From the NCBI GenBank assembly GCA_033442325.1, contig JAWQFM010000015.1, forward strand, positions 1,041,982-1,049,729: a stretch of 7,748 bases of DNA, given 5' to 3'. Under the pieces are notes generated by a model. It was not told the origin of the DNA, searched no databases, and saw only the letters and a program-made list of their open reading frames with translations. Shown one piece after another: positions 6,560 to 7,748 of the stretch (positions are counted from its first letter, which is position 1; every line of letters starts with the position of its first letter). A program made the position numbers and the translations under genes. The stretch is from Salpingoeca rosetta (Eukaryota > Protista > Choanoflagellata).

Positions 6560-7748
6560 CCATGTCCACAATCAGCCAGCATCAGCATGATCACCACCGA
6601 CTTGTTTTCACCAACTCCCAGCAGCAGCTGGGCCACGTCCTTGCCACTGATGAGGACGACGGTGATCATGTACCACCTCGCCGCCTCCCACATAAAACTG
6701 GCGCTCACGCGAACAATGAAGCTGCCAAACAGCTCTGCGTCGCCCTTGTCCACCAGCGTCATCATTCACAAACCCAGCAGCACGCGCCAAGTGGCACCAC
6801 GCGCGCCCCAGCGTCCTTAAGCTTGGCTAGCTCACCAGACAACTTCTGCAGCTTGTGCCAACACGCATGGCTGCTCATCTCGCTGATGAATGGCCTGTCT
6901 GGCTCAGTGAGACAATCATGCTCGCTGCTGGTGGTTGTACTGCTTGTCGGCGGTGGAGGTCGCAAGCGCAAGCTCGCTTGAAAACGTGCGCACCAGCAGG
7001 ATGATGTCTGCTACGAGGGTGCGCGTCAGGAACGACGCGCAATGACCTGGGCTTCACTGTCAGGGCTTGTTGCCCTCCGAGGTTGAAGGCCCTGATGGCC
7101 TCACACACCTTGTCCACGACACACTGCACCATGGCGGCAGTCGAGCCAGGACACGCTGGCACGGAGTGCGGGCACGTGGCTGGCCTTGTTGGCCGCAATC
7201 GACAACAGAGGCAGAGGCGTGTCTGTCTCGGCATCCTGAACGGCGGCGCTCACGGTGGCAGGGAACATGCGCACGGCTCGCTGCAGCTCAGCAACGCTGC
7301 CACAATCAACTGGACACGTGCGATTGGGAGCTCAGGGCACAGCCTCGACGTGGTGGGTGACAAGGACAACGGCTCCAGGCATCGTGCCTTGCGGTCACAC
7401 TAGATGGCCAACAGGGCGGATCTCGACGGCCGTGGTGTTGGCCTTGTTGAAGCTTGTGAGTGCACAATACACAGCCGGCACCGCGAAGCTCGGTCACACG
7501 GAAGAACCTGCTTGGTGTTGCGTGTTGATGCGGCTGATTCAAAGCTGGCACTGGCCGGCGTGGTGCTGAGTGATGGCTGCCAGCCTCGCATGCTCCACAG
7601 CACAATGACAACACTTGTCATGTTCCACTGCTCCAGGGTGTACGTGGTCAGGACACGCTCCCCATTGCGGAGCTGGTGCACACCCCGCTGTTGCCTCTGA
7701 TCGATTGTGCTGGCCACCAAACGGAAGGCGGCAGCGCGGCCACACGGC
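6560..7748 (-). pseudogene. Decayed coding-like sequence of uncertain identity (several frames, multiple stops)
   Basis: Protein-like minus-strand segments broken by stops and frameshifts, e.g. AAAFRLVASTIDQ..ERVLTTYTLEQWNMTSVVIVLW; AVVLVTHHVEAVP*..DCGSVAELQRAVRMFP; TLVADIILLVRTFSSELAL; DKGDAELFGSFIVRVSASFMWEAARWYMITVVLISGKDVAQLLLGVG. Plus-strand ORFs here look like antisense shadows. Confidence 0.35.

Noticed and set aside
6434-7700. Plus-strand ORFs 6436-6981, 7083-7403, 7404-7700 and similar
   Set aside because: His/Gln/Gly-rich composition typical of antisense to coding sequence; no motifs.

Overview
Eukaryotic, GC-rich DNA with GT-AG introns, long (GT)n microsatellites, CA-rich intron 3' ends and two N gaps. 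The style is most consistent with a choanoflagellate such as Salpingoeca (inferred from composition and gene families, not a database result). The first ~1.9 kb holds an intron-less gene for a secreted protein: signal peptide, short N-terminal module, coiled coil, then seven ~44-aa blades (W-x-G-G-x-L-A-x-N-G-x-I-Y-x-I-P...V-L-I-I-D-P), probably a 7-bladed beta-propeller. As assembled it is broken by a small frameshifting deletion and a near-perfect 574-bp tandem duplication. The other ~5.8 kb is a patchwork of decayed gene pieces: a frameshifted tyrosinase (minus strand), two paralogous TKL-type kinase C-lobe fragments (plus strand, one with two intact introns), an LRR remnant and further coding-like debris (minus strand). 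No RNA genes, CRISPR arrays or recognisable transposases were seen.
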